Shown here one piece after another: positions 29,296 to 39,066 of a DNA stretch of 64,000 nucleotides. The number at the start of each line of letters is the position of its first letter. Within the stretch, counting starts at the first letter, position 1. The translations under genes and the position numbers were made by a program. Source of the DNA: Spirochaetia bacterium. GTDB taxonomy: Bacteria; Spirochaetota; Spirochaetia; SZUA-6; Bin103. Where the stretch lies: contig OZ241907.1 in assembly GCA_965203515.1 (NCBI GenBank), positions 576,001 through 640,000 of the forward strand. Reading direction: 5' to 3'. Under the pieces are notes generated by a model. The model was not told the origin of the DNA. It saw only the letters and a program-made list of their open reading frames with translations, and searched no databases.

Positions 29296-30457
29296 GTTCG
29301 GGCTCGAATTCAATCCGTTCGAGCCCTCCGCCGCCGGACCTCCGCTCAAAGGGACGCTATCGCCGCCGACCGCCCTGGCGGAACGGACTCGTGCCATCCT
29401 GGACGCCCACCAGACCGGCCGCGGCACGAAAGCATTGATCGTCACCGGGGAGTACGGTACCGGCAAGACGTGTCTTCTGCGTTGGCTCCATACCGACGTA
29501 CTTCCGAACCGACGAATTAAATCCTTCTATTTCGACAATCCAGGTGTGCAGTTCTACGACCTTGCCAATGCGCTGTTGCGAACCATCGGTCGCAAGGATT
29601 TCGCCAAGTTCATCTGGGAGCTCGCCGGACCGCTCGTCTCCGGTCCGTACAACCTTGACCTGTTTCAATCGGGGTTCGAAGCATACGTGACCGCGCAGAG
29701 CAAACGCCGCCAACCAGATCTGACGCAACCACTGCAGGAAGCCATCCGTGCGGCTGGTATAACGACTGACGAGGAAATCGCCCATTGTCTGGCTCGCATC
29801 GTTACCGACGCAGTACGAAAGCCATATTTCGAGTATCGCGATTTCGTACCCCGTCAACAAGGCAGCTTGGTGCCGGAGGCCGAGGAAGCTCCGTACTTCC
29901 GGGCGATCCTCAAGACCATCTCGAAGGGCACCAACGCCCGGGCCATTGCGTTCCTGATCGACGAGTTCGAGGAGATCGGACTTCAGAAACGGCTGACGCG
30001 CCGCGCCTCACACGACTACCTCGCCACTCTCAAGCGACTCATCAACCTTTCCGAAAGCCCGGACCTCGAATTCTTGATCGTGCTCTCCATGACACCCGAC
30101 TCATACCAGACCACTGTCGAGATGAATCCTGCTCTCGCCGCACGTTTTGCCGATCATAAGCTCTCCGTCATGCCTTTGAGTAGGCAAGACGCGACCGCGT
30201 TGATCAGATCGCGTCTCTCGGCGGCTCGCTCCGCCAGCGCCAATCGCGCGAGCGCCAGCCTGTCTCCGTTTCCCGATGACATCGGCTTCAGACCGGTCAC
30301 GTGCTCCAATCCCAGGCGCTTGGTGAAGACGTGCTTCTACGCGATCAGCGATGCAACGGACACGACTCCGGTACCGTTTCCGGATTCATACCTCCAAGGC
30401 ATCGAGAAAAAGTACTATCCATCCCCTCATGGTTCGAGGACCGATGAGCATGAGTAG
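29276..30457 (+). CDS. P-loop ATPase (AAA+-like)
   Basis: 'FGLEFNPF', Walker A GEYGTGKT, Walker B 'FLIDEFE', 'AL..RF', 'NPRRLVK'. Confidence 0.85.
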   Translation: MPSMLHKFGLEFNPFEPSAAGPPLKGTLSPPTALAERTRAILDAHQTGRGTKALIVTGEYGTGKTCLLRWLHTDVLPNRRIKSFYFDNPGVQFYDLANALLRTIGRKDFAKFIWELAGPLVSGPYNLDLFQSGFEAYVTAQSKRRQPDLTQPLQEAIRAAGITTDEEIAHCLARIVTDAVRKPYFEYRDFVPRQQGSLVPEAEEAPYFRAILKTISKGTNARAIAFLIDEFEEIGLQKRLTRRASHDYLATLKRLINLSESPDLEFLIVLSMTPDSYQTTVEMNPALAARFADHKLSVMPLSRQDATALIRSRLSAARSASANRASASLSPFPDDIGFRPVTCSNPRRLVKTCFYAISDATDTTPVPFPDSYLQGIEKKYYPSPHGSRTDEHE

Positions 30458-31163
30458 ACAATCCCCTCGACGCAAAGTAGTATTCCTGGACACGAATACG
30501 CTTCACTACCTGGCTCTCTTTGCCACATTTGCTTGCGACAATGGGTTTACCGTAGATGATATGATTGATGGACAGCTATCGATCCGCATGAATCAGGAAG
30601 ACGAAGCAGGATACAAGGAGCATCTACAGAAAGGTCGCGATGTTATTTCGTTCGTACTTCGCGAAGACGCGCAGATCGAGTACTCCCATGTTTCAATGGT
30701 GGAACTGCTCTGCGGGCGCATCAGAGGTGCGGTGATCGTACGTCTTGCCAAAGAAGGGGCGCCGGAAAGAATGTGGTCTCGGAGCGACCAGAAAGAGATA
30801 CGTGAACGGTCCGAACTTGATCTTCCCGATATTAGGAAACGCGTGAATGACTTGGCTGCCATACTCGATAATTGGGACATAATCTTTGTCGCGCGCGAGA
30901 GCAAAGGAAGTCTAAGACTGGCGACGGACATCGTTAGTCTTGTCTACATGAGCGCAGTGGACAGCATTGTCTACGCAGAGGCTATAGCGGCGCGAGCCGA
31001 CTACTTGGTAACAGATGATACTTATCTGCACCAGACGGTGAACCTGATCCACAACCCGAGCGGGCGTAATCGATATCAGGGAATCAAGCAGGAGCTACAA
31101 CGACTCGTTGATGACGATCGATTACCGCTAGCACTTCAATGCCGTGGGCTTCGACCCAGGTAA
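30450..31163 (+). CDS. PIN-domain protein
   Basis: 'VVFLDTNTL', 'SMVEL', 'DSIVYAEAIAARADYLVTDD' supply the PIN acidic residues. Start overlaps the ATPase stop. Confidence 0.75.
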   Translation: MSRQSPRRKVVFLDTNTLHYLALFATFACDNGFTVDDMIDGQLSIRMNQEDEAGYKEHLQKGRDVISFVLREDAQIEYSHVSMVELLCGRIRGAVIVRLAKEGAPERMWSRSDQKEIRERSELDLPDIRKRVNDLAAILDNWDIIFVARESKGSLRLATDIVSLVYMSAVDSIVYAEAIAARADYLVTDDTYLHQTVNLIHNPSGRNRYQGIKQELQRLVDDDRLPLALQCRGLRPR

Positions 31164-31201
31164 CTGAACGTATTTCGAGAAGTTGTTGCGCCAGGTCCAC
31201 A

Positions 31202-32410
31202 ATGGCATATCGACTCACCGAATCGACAGGATGGCGCCATTGGGTAACGCCGCGGCCGGCACGAGTTCAGCCGGTCCATAGGTGGTATCTGTTACCGCAT
31301 AGCTTCACTGCTGATCTTGTTCACGCTCTGATAGATGAATGGGCACTGGATGAGACCGACAAGATACTGGATCCCTTCGCTGGCGCCGGAACCACCCTGG
31401 TGGCGGCCAAGGACCGCGGCATCTCCGCTTCCGGGTACGATCTTTCGCCGCTCGCGATACTGGCCTCGAATACCAAGACAGCCGACTACCGTCGCGCGCC
31501 GCTTCAATGCGCGTGGGTCACCTTGAAGGGTACGTTGGTCAAGCGCAGATGCTTGAATCCGCGACGTACTTACTCGGAGCTGACCCGGAAAGCTCTTCCC
31601 GACGGACGGCTTTGCGAATTCGACACGATCGCGGCTAGAATCGATCAGATCGAAGATGATCCATCGGTGCGTGATTTCTTCAGATTGGCTTTGATTTCGG
31701 TGATTCCACGCTTCAGCCGCGCGGTGGCGAACGGCGGCTGGTTGCGGTGGGTGCCACAGAGTGCTGCGACAGAGCCCGTCGTGCAAGTCTTCGGAGAACA
31801 AGTCGAGATGATGTTGTCCGACGTTCGCGACCACGAGCCAGGCGAAGGACGTTGGCGAGTCCAGATTGCCGATGCTCGCTCATTGCCAGAGCTCGATGGA
31901 ACCTGTACGGCCGTCATTACGTCACCGCCGTACCCCAACAGACATGACTATACGCGGGTATTCGGCGTCGAGCTCCTGTTCGATTTTCTCGACCAGGAAC
32001 AGCTCCGAGTGCTCCGATATCAGAGTTTCCATTCCCACCCGGAAGCTCGCCCGATACGGCCGTCTGCTGACGGGTACAAGCCTCCGGACTCTTTAGAGGG
32101 CAATATCCGGAAGATACAGGACAAACGTATCCAGCGGATGTTGCGTGGTTACTTTCTTGACATGTATCTGTGCATTCGCGAATTGGTACGCGTGTGCCGC
32201 GGCGGCGCACGCATTGCGGTAGTGGTCGGAAACGCCCGCTATGCGGGCGCGCCGATCCTCGTTGACGAGTATACGGCGGAGATTGGAGAAAGTGCGGGCC
32301 TCACATGCCAGGAGATACGGGCAGTTCGATGGCGTGGCAACAGCGCTCAGCAGATGGGTAAGTATGGACGAGTTGCTTCTCGAGAAAGCATCGTCATTTT
32401 CAGGAAGTGA
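31202..32410 (+). CDS. amino-DNA methyltransferase, probably N4-cytosine (motif I before motif IV)
   Basis: 'VHRWY..PHSF', motif I 'ILDPFAGAGTT', motif IV 'VITSPPY', 'VVVGN', C-terminal 'RESIVIF'. Confidence 0.85.
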   Translation: MAYRLTESTGWRHWVTPRPARVQPVHRWYLLPHSFTADLVHALIDEWALDETDKILDPFAGAGTTLVAAKDRGISASGYDLSPLAILASNTKTADYRRAPLQCAWVTLKGTLVKRRCLNPRRTYSELTRKALPDGRLCEFDTIAARIDQIEDDPSVRDFFRLALISVIPRFSRAVANGGWLRWVPQSAATEPVVQVFGEQVEMMLSDVRDHEPGEGRWRVQIADARSLPELDGTCTAVITSPPYPNRHDYTRVFGVELLFDFLDQEQLRVLRYQSFHSHPEARPIRPSADGYKPPDSLEGNIRKIQDKRIQRMLRGYFLDMYLCIRELVRVCRGGARIAVVVGNARYAGAPILVDEYTAEIGESAGLTCQEIRAVRWRGNSAQQMGKYGRVASRESIVIFRK

Positions 32411-32492
32411 TAGCGGTTATAGCCTCGGGGCGGTCCTGGGCCGCTGGAATCGAAGACCGTAAGCCGCTGTCACCATAGTACCGGCGCGGCGG

Positions 32493-33296
32493 TCAGCCGG
32501 CGGCGAGGGCTGCGGTGAGGTTGGCGCGCTCCAGCAGCCGGGCGTCCGCCGGGCGCTCCAGGAACGGGCGGACGTCCTGGATGAGTCGGCCGACGTCCAG
32601 CGTCGCGAGCTGCGCCCGGAGCAGCGCCAGCCAGTCCTGCGCCCGATAGCGGCCGGCGCCTTCCGTCTGATCCAGGGCGCGCTGCAGCAGCGGCAGATTC
32701 GGCGCCACCGGCGGGCGCCGGGAGCGGTACCACACCAGATCGAACCAGTCCCGCCCCTTCCGGTAGCGGCGCGCCAGCAGCGCGTGCAGCTTGCCGGCCA
32801 TCAGCGACGGCAGATCGTAATGGGCCACCACGAAGGTCACGCCGCGCGTGACGATCGTGCGCTCGACGGTCGCACCGGCCGGCGGCCGGGTGTCGATTTC
32901 GATCTTGATGGCGAGTTTCTGTTGCGGGTGACCGGAAAGCCCCGCTTCGGCGAGCAGCGAGGCGCTGCGCACCCACGCCGCCTGCACCGGTTTGCGGTCG
33001 TGCCAGCGAACCGTACTCTCGAACCCGGCGAAGTGAAGGTCGCGCTTCAGCTTCTCCAACCAGCGGCGCGGGCGGTATCCGGCGGTCGAGGTGCGGCAGA
33101 AATCGAGGTCTTCGGAGAAGCGCGGCAAGCCTTCCAGCAGGCGCAACGCGGTGCCGCCGACGAACGCCACCGATTGGGCCGCTTCGCTCTCGTGCAGCGA
33201 TCGCAGGATGAAGACTTGCAGGTATTCGCGCAGGGCGTTGAGGCGCTGCGTGGGGTCGGAGTAGCGCAGGGCCGCGGCGAGCGCCTGCTCCTTCAC
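32493..33296 (-). CDS. abiEii: AbiEii-family nucleotidyltransferase toxin (type IV TA)
   Basis: 'FVGGTALR......RFSEDLDF', 'IKIEID', 'GKLHA', 'KGRDWFD'. Confidence 0.9.
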   Translation of the reverse strand: MKEQALAAALRYSDPTQRLNALREYLQVFILRSLHESEAAQSVAFVGGTALRLLEGLPRFSEDLDFCRTSTAGYRPRRWLEKLKRDLHFAGFESTVRWHDRKPVQAAWVRSASLLAEAGLSGHPQQKLAIKIEIDTRPPAGATVERTIVTRGVTFVVAHYDLPSLMAGKLHALLARRYRKGRDWFDLVWYRSRRPPVAPNLPLLQRALDQTEGAGRYRAQDWLALLRAQLATLDVGRLIQDVRPFLERPADARLLERANLTAALAAG

Positions 33297-33946
33297 AGCT
33301 CCTCGCCTTCATCGTCGGACAGGTAGCAGCATTCCCGCCAGATCCGCACGGCGTGCAGAATCCTCGGCTTCGCCATGCGCCGCGCGCAGGCGGCGAGGCG
33401 GTCGAGATCGAGTAGTTCGGTCTGCTGGAACCGCATCTCGATCATGCGGTCGGCGTCCCACGCGCCGGGCGTCAGATGGAACAGGTCGAGCAGCGCCTTC
33501 TCCACCGTTGCCACGACCGCGTCGCTGCCGGCGACGGGAACGGCGTGGTACCCGAAGAAGAAGTCGCGCTTCACGTTGCGGTAGCTGAAGGTGCCGAACC
33601 GGTTCTCGAACTCGCGCGGCGTGCGCGTGGTGACGCTGGTGTAGACCGGCACGCTCTCGGGAATGACGCCGTAGAAGCTCAACGCCCACGCGCCGCTGAG
33701 GTAGGAGGGCGTGAGCAGCACGTTGGCCAGCGTGGCCGGCGCCAGCGGCGCCCGCCGGTAGCGATCGGCCAACGTGTACCGTCCCCGGCGCAGGGCGACC
33801 ACCTTCCCCGCCCGGCCCCAGCGGTGCAGTTGACTCACCACGCTCGCCCGCGGCTCCGCGATGAGCTGCGTCACCGTCGCCAGGTCGAACGACGGCTCCG
33901 CACCAAGAAGCTCCACGAAATCATCGAACCGCATTTGCCGATCCAT
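33293..33946 (-). CDS. abiEi: AbiEi-family antitoxin
   Basis: 'L.RW...GK..LRRG.Y', 'PSYLS..WALS.YG.IPE', 'TSVT', 'EKALLD'. Coupled to abiEii by a GTGA overlap. Confidence 0.85.
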   Translation of the reverse strand: MDRQMRFDDFVELLGAEPSFDLATVTQLIAEPRASVVSQLHRWGRAGKVVALRRGRYTLADRYRRAPLAPATLANVLLTPSYLSGAWALSFYGVIPESVPVYTSVTTRTPREFENRFGTFSYRNVKRDFFFGYHAVPVAGSDAVVATVEKALLDLFHLTPGAWDADRMIEMRFQQTELLDLDRLAACARRMAKPRILHAVRIWRECCYLSDDEGEEL

Positions 33947-33981
33947 TTATGATAATGGACGAATATGCTGATTATCGTCAA
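33947..33981 (-). promoter_or_regulatory. putative abiE promoter with inverted repeat (possible autoregulatory operator)
   Basis: Minus strand TTGACG-18 nt-CATTAT just upstream of the ATG. Imperfect IR ATGATAAT (33949-33956) / ATTATCGT (33971-33978). Confidence 0.4.
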
Positions 33982-34091
33982 CCATTCATCCAGGATCGAC
34001 CAAGCTGCTCTCGTGCGTCGGGATCGGCCGCGCGTAGATGGGCGACGCGCCAGCCGGATCACCGCCCTGCATGCGCCGGCCGGCGGCGGTG

Positions 34092-34100
34092 TGCTATACT
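34092..34100 (+). promoter_or_regulatory. extended -10 element
   Basis: TGcTATACT about 23 nt upstream of ATG 34124, with RBS GGGGAG. Confidence 0.5.
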
Positions 34101-34123
34101 GCGGTCGTAGCGGGGAGAGCAAC

Positions 34124-34939
34124 ATGGCCACCGAGAGCATCACCAGCTTCGACGACCTGCTCGGGTTGCTGGACCGGAACCCGCAGTATCGGTCCCGGTT
34201 GCGTCAGTCGATTCTGGACGACGAGTTCCAGCGGCTGCCGGAGCACGTGACCATGCTGACTAAGCAGACGCGGATACTCGGCGAAGTCACTACTTCACTG
34301 GCCGAGCGCATGGACCAGCTTACCGCACGGGTAGATCAACTGACCGCGCGGGTAGATGCTTTGACCGAGCGCATGGACCAGCTTACCGCGCGGGTAGATG
34401 AGCTGGCCAAGCGCATGGATCAAATGACCGAGCAGATGCGGCATCACTCCGATCTGTTCAGAGATATTCTGTTGCAGCTCAAGAACGTCGATACCCGGTT
34501 CTTGTCGCTGGAAAGACGGGTGGACCGGCTCACGGGCGACGAGGCTGAGCGCCGGTTCCGCGGGCGGGCGGCGTCCTGTTTCGGGCATCTGTTGCGGCGC
34601 ATCAGAGTCGTAGACAACAGCGCCCTGGCCGACCGGATCGATGATGCCATCGAGTCAGGAACGTTCGCGGAGGCCGACCGGGAGCCGCTGCTGTTGCTCG
34701 ATGTCGTGGCGTGGGGACGTGACGTTCAGACGCGGGAAGAGCGGTACCTGGCTGTCGAGGTGTCTGCCGGAATAGGAGAAACCGACATTCTGCGGGCCGC
34801 GGACCGTGCGGCGCTTCTCGAAAAGCTGACCGGCGTACCTGTCCTGCCGGTGGTGGCCGGGTATTCCATCTCCCCGCGGTTTCGGTCTATCGCCGCGGGG
34901 CGACAGGTCCAAGTGGTGATCGTCGAAGAGCCGCGATGA
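34124..34939 (+). CDS. heptad-repeat coiled-coil protein with C-terminal PD-(D/E)XK-like domain
   Basis: Repeats LAERMDQ/LTARVDQ/LTARVDA/LTERMDQ. C-terminal 'LDVVAWGRD...YLAVEVS.GI...D..RA..RA.LL'. Confidence 0.65.
   Translation: MATESITSFDDLLGLLDRNPQYRSRLRQSILDDEFQRLPEHVTMLTKQTRILGEVTTSLAERMDQLTARVDQLTARVDALTERMDQLTARVDELAKRMDQMTEQMRHHSDLFRDILLQLKNVDTRFLSLERRVDRLTGDEAERRFRGRAASCFGHLLRRIRVVDNSALADRIDDAIESGTFAEADREPLLLLDVVAWGRDVQTREERYLAVEVSAGIGETDILRAADRAALLEKLTGVPVLPVVAGYSISPRFRSIAAGRQVQVVIVEEPR
34298..34430 (+). repeat. 21-bp in-frame tandem repeats (about 6 heptads)
   Basis: ctggccgagcgcatggaccag / cttaccgcacgggtagatcaa / ctgaccgcgcgggtagatgct / ttgaccgagcgcatggaccag and further copies. 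Confidence 0.8.
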
Positions 34940-35022
34940 TCGGGGCCGGCGCAAGTCCACCGCCGGAAGCGAGCGAGGCGCGCGGTTGAACGGGCGCCGG
35001 GGAAGGGACACACTCCACGCGG

Positions 35023-36613
35023 ATGCGCTTCTTCAACACCGCCGGGCCGATCATCGCGGAGGATCACTACCACGTGCCGCCCGCTGCAGCGGCTGGACCG
35101 GGACGAGCTGCTCAAGCTGATCGACTGGAAGCGCTACTTCGTGCTGCACGCCCCCCGGCAGACCGGCAAGACGTCGGCGTTGCTGGCGCTGAATGACGAA
35201 CTGAACGGCAGCGGGAAGTACCGCTGCCTGTACTGCAACGTCGAGGTCGCGCAGTCCGCGCGCGAGGACGTGGCCGCGGCGATGCGGGCGATCCTCAATA
35301 CCATCGCGCGGCAGGCCCGTACCCACCTGAACGACCCGTTCCCGGACGAGGCGCGGCGCGACGCGCTGGAACGCGCCGGGCCGCACGACGCGCTCCAGGA
35401 GGTGCTGGCGTTGTGGGCGGCGGCCGGCGCCAAGCCGTTGGTGCTGCTGATCGACGAGATCGACGCGCTGGTGGGCGACACCCTGATAGCCGTGCTGCGG
35501 CAACTGCGCGCAGGCTACGCCGAGCGCCCGCGCCACTTCCCGCAGAGCGTGGTCCTGTGCGGCGTGCGCGACGTGCGCGACTACCGCATCCGCTCGTCCA
35601 GCCGGAACGAGGTGATCACCGGCGGCAGCCCGTTCAACGTCAAGGTCACGTCGCTACGGCTGGGCGACTTCTCGCCGGACGAGGTGCGCGCGCTGCTCGT
35701 CCAGCACACCGCCGAGACCGGGCAGCGGTGGACCGGGGAAGCGATAGAACGGGTATGGGAGCTGACTCAGGGGCAGCCCTGGCTGGTGAACGCGCTCGCC
35801 TGCCAGGCGTGCTTCGACGATCCGGCCGGGCGCGACCGCAGCCGGCCGGTCGCCGCGGACGCGGTCCGGGCCGCCGCGGAACGGCTGATCGTGCGCCGCG
35901 ACACCCACCTGGACCAGCTCGCCGACAAGCTCCGCGAGGAGCGCGTCCGCAACGTGATCGAGCCGCTGCTCAGCGGCGGCGGCGAACGCGGCTACTCCGC
36001 AGCCGACATCGAGTACGTGCGCGACCTGGGCCTGATCGCCCGCGGCGACCCGTTGCGCATGGCCAATCCGATCTACGCCGAGGTGGTGCCGCGCGAACTG
36101 ACCAGCCACGTCCAGGCGAGCGTGGTCGAGGACCCGGCGTGGTACGTCGACCCCGACGGCGGCTTGAACGTCGCCCGGCTGCTGGCCGCGTTCCGGGAGT
36201 TCTTTCGGGAACATTCCGAGCACTGGGTGCAGCGGTTCCAGTACCGGGAAGCCGGCCCCCAGTTGCTGCTGCAGGCGTTTCTGCAGCGCATCGTGAACAG
36301 CGGCGGCCAGATCCACCGGGAGTACGGGCTGGGGCGGATGCGCACCGATCTGCTGATCGTCTGGCCGGCGGGAGCGGTGCCGGGAACGGCCCGCAGGACG
36401 GTGATCGAGTGCAAGGTGGTGACGGCGAAGCAGGGGATGGAGCGGACCGTGCGCGACGGTCTGGCGCAGACGCGCGCCTACCTGGAGCGGTGCGCGGCGG
36501 CCGAGGGCCACCTGGTAGTATTCGACCGCCGGCCCGACCGCACCTGGGAGCAGAAGCTCTTTCGTCGTGAGGAGACGACCGGCGGCGCGCCGGTGACCGT
36601 GTGGGGAATGTAG
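35023..36613 (+). CDS. AAA-like ATPase with C-terminal PD-(D/E)XK-like domain; +1 frameshift near 35080
   Basis: 'MRFFNTAGP...DHY.VPP' is in one frame, and 'LHAPRQTGKTS', 'LLIDEID', 'REYGLG..RTDL..VIECK' are in another. The span is 1591 nt (3n+1), with an extra C in CCGCCCGCTG. Confidence 0.85.
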
Positions 36614-36634
36614 GGAAGGCCCGGTATTCGCCGC

Positions 36635-37954
36635 CTACGGCCGGTACTCCACCAGGGCGGAGCGGCCGGTGACGTCGACGATGCGGATGCGCCGTTCCCG
36701 GCCGGCGGCGTCGACGAGGCGCAGTTCTTCGCCCGGAATGAACGGCACCGGCTGCGGTCGGCCGTCGTTGATGGCGATGTTCGAAGCCGAGACGAAGGTG
36801 CGGTCGCGGGCGTCGCGGACGGCATGCAGCGTTCCGGTCAGCCCGGGCACGGAACCGGCGGCCTCCGGGAAGATGACCGAGCCGCCGTCCGGCAAGGCGG
36901 CGAGTTCGACCGCGAGCGCGCGCCGGCACGGCGTCCACTCCCGTTCCACGTGCGCGGCATGGCCCGCCGCCGCGGCGTATACCGTCAGCGGCAGTTCGGT
37001 GGTGTGCAGGGCCGCGGCGGCGATGCCGGCGGCGTCGGCAGTGGCCCGCTGCCAGGTGCGGTTGGGGAACAGGATCAGCAGGTCGCTGCCGGGCAGGGGG
37101 CGCCCGGAGGCGCGCACCGCGATCCGCACCTGCGCCGGACTCGGCTCCAGCGGCGCGGAGGGGAGCACGACCAGCACCTCGGCGTCGGCGATGACGTGGA
37201 ACTGCGCCGGCTTGCCGCTCACGCCCCTGGTTTCGTTCAGGATCACCGGGACGCCGTCGCCGCGCCGTTCCATGAAGTAGCGCCGCTCCCCGCTGCCCCG
37301 CGTGTCGCCGGCCGGCATTCGGCCCAGCATGGAAGCCAGCACTTCGTTGCGCGTGGCCTGCCGGTCGGCGATGTTGTCGACCGTCAGGCTGTTCGGCAGC
37401 GTGCCCGGCGACTGGATTTCCAGCCGGTCCGAGAACAACGACAGGCGGATGCGGCTGCCGCGGATGGAGTAGTCGCGGTGCGCCACCGCGTTGACCACGG
37501 CCTCGAAGATGGCGCGTTCGCTGTATTGGGGCAGATCGATGCGCGCCGGGTCCTTGTGCGCCGCCACCTGCATGTTGCGCACGGCGAAGGCCACGGCGGC
37601 AGCGATCTGGCGGTTCAGCGGCCCGCCGATGGTCTGCGCGTCGACCTGCCCGGACGCGCGGTCGGCGCCGCGGTAGCGGGTAGCGGTGATGCAGGCGTTG
37701 GGGAGCCACTGCTCCGGGGCGCGGCTGCACAACAGGATGCCGGCCACGGTCGCCCGCCGCGGGCCGTCCGCGGTGTCGGTCAACAGCCCCAACTTGGCGA
37801 GGGCGAGGTCGGGAGCGGCAGCGCCCTGAGCGCTCACCAGCGGTTTCCACAGCGCCTCGTCCAGCGACCCGAAGCCGGTTTCCGGGACCGGCTGCTCGTC
37901 GAACCACAACCCCAACCGCAACCGGCGCCGGATCACCTCCTCGCTCAACTCCAC
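36635..37954 (-). CDS. HATPase_c_4/RecG-C-like ATP-binding protein lacking its AlbA/Schlafen domain
   Basis: 'FEAVVNAVAHRDY', 'DRLEIQSPG', 'RNE', 'ME.RG.GV'. The N-terminus jumps from 'RRRLRLG' directly to 'LWFDEQPV'. Confidence 0.7.
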   Translation of the reverse strand: MELSEEVIRRRLRLGLWFDEQPVPETGFGSLDEALWKPLVSAQGAAAPDLALAKLGLLTDTADGPRRATVAGILLCSRAPEQWLPNACITATRYRGADRASGQVDAQTIGGPLNRQIAAAVAFAVRNMQVAAHKDPARIDLPQYSERAIFEAVVNAVAHRDYSIRGSRIRLSLFSDRLEIQSPGTLPNSLTVDNIADRQATRNEVLASMLGRMPAGDTRGSGERRYFMERRGDGVPVILNETRGVSGKPAQFHVIADAEVLVVLPSAPLEPSPAQVRIAVRASGRPLPGSDLLILFPNRTWQRATADAAGIAAAALHTTELPLTVYAAAAGHAAHVEREWTPCRRALAVELAALPDGGSVIFPEAAGSVPGLTGTLHAVRDARDRTFVSASNIAINDGRPQPVPFIPGEELRLVDAAGRERRIRIVDVTGRSALVEYRP

Positions 37955-38076
37955 CGTGCCACTCCGTCCCGTCGCCGGAGTCTATCCTGTCGATGCGGTC
38001 GTAGTCCCGCTGGTCTCATTAGGCCGCCGCGTCCGGCGTCTGGCTCGCCTGCCTCCTATTTGATTGAATGACGAGC

Positions 38077-38106
38077 TTGACAGCGCGGGCTCCCAACTAC
38101 TACGGT
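38077..38106 (+). promoter_or_regulatory. putative sigma70 promoter upstream of the parA-like gene
   Basis: TTGACA (38077-38082), 18-nt spacer, TACGGT. Confidence 0.4.
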
Positions 38107-38172
38107 AAACCTAGCATGTTGGTTCCTGCGATCGTATCGACGACGCGCGTGGGTGAACCGAGGGAATGAACG

Positions 38173-39066
38173 ATGGCGACTACGGTAGGCTTCGCGAGCG
38201 AGAAGGGAGGTGTCGGGAAGACCACGATCTGCTATCACATAGCGATTGCGCTGAGCCGATATCATGACAAGAAAGTGTTGGTCGTGGACGGTGACTATCA
38301 GCGCGGGGGAATCACCGGAAGGTTTGCCGAACGACTGATAGAGCAATTTCGTACGGAGAGGAAGATCGAAGAACCGGCATTGTACTCCAAGTTCTTGCAG
38401 TTGTACAGTGGGAGCGATCTCACTTCGGACATCAACATCTTAGCTACCGGTGAAACCGGTATCAAAATCGTTCCCGCCGATCCTCGCTTGTCATTCGTAA
38501 CCGTCGAAAAGATGCCAACGACGAACAACATCGCGGAGAATATGCGTAGCCTATGGCGTCACTTGGCTCTTCTAGATACGGTACTCAAACCAATTCAAGG
38601 GGAGTTCGACTACATTCTCATAGACTCTCATCCGGACATCAATGATCTTATTCGTACGATCATTTACGCCTGTGACTTCGTCTGCTCACCAGTGAAGCTC
38701 GACCGTCAATCGACTGTTGGCGTTCCCTCCGCTATCGAAGCGATCGAGAACGTCAACGCCGACATGAAACTTTTCGAAAACGCAACGCGTGAACAAGTAG
38801 AGTACAAGCCTACGAAGTATGCGGGAGCGATTGCTACCCAAGCTCGTGAATGGGGTGGGATGCTGAAGTGGTCAGAGATGGCCGAGTATCGGCTTATCAG
38901 TCGGCAGGGATTTGTCTTCGAGGCGTACGTTACGGAAGGAGATGGCTTGCGGAGAGCCGCGCATGAACGATGTCCGGTCTTCGATATAGTTGGCCAGAAT
39001 GCCAACAAGCAGTCCGGTCAGCTGCGCCGTCTCACCAGGGAGTTTATGAAGCAATGTCCAACGTGA
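38173..39066 (+). CDS. ParA/Soj-family ATPase
   Basis: Deviant Walker A 'EKGGVGKTT', 'VLVVDGDYQ', 'FDYILIDSHP'. Confidence 0.88.
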   Translation: MATTVGFASEKGGVGKTTICYHIAIALSRYHDKKVLVVDGDYQRGGITGRFAERLIEQFRTERKIEEPALYSKFLQLYSGSDLTSDINILATGETGIKIVPADPRLSFVTVEKMPTTNNIAENMRSLWRHLALLDTVLKPIQGEFDYILIDSHPDINDLIRTIIYACDFVCSPVKLDRQSTVGVPSAIEAIENVNADMKLFENATREQVEYKPTKYAGAIATQAREWGGMLKWSEMAEYRLISRQGFVFEAYVTEGDGLRRAAHERCPVFDIVGQNANKQSGQLRRLTREFMKQCPT

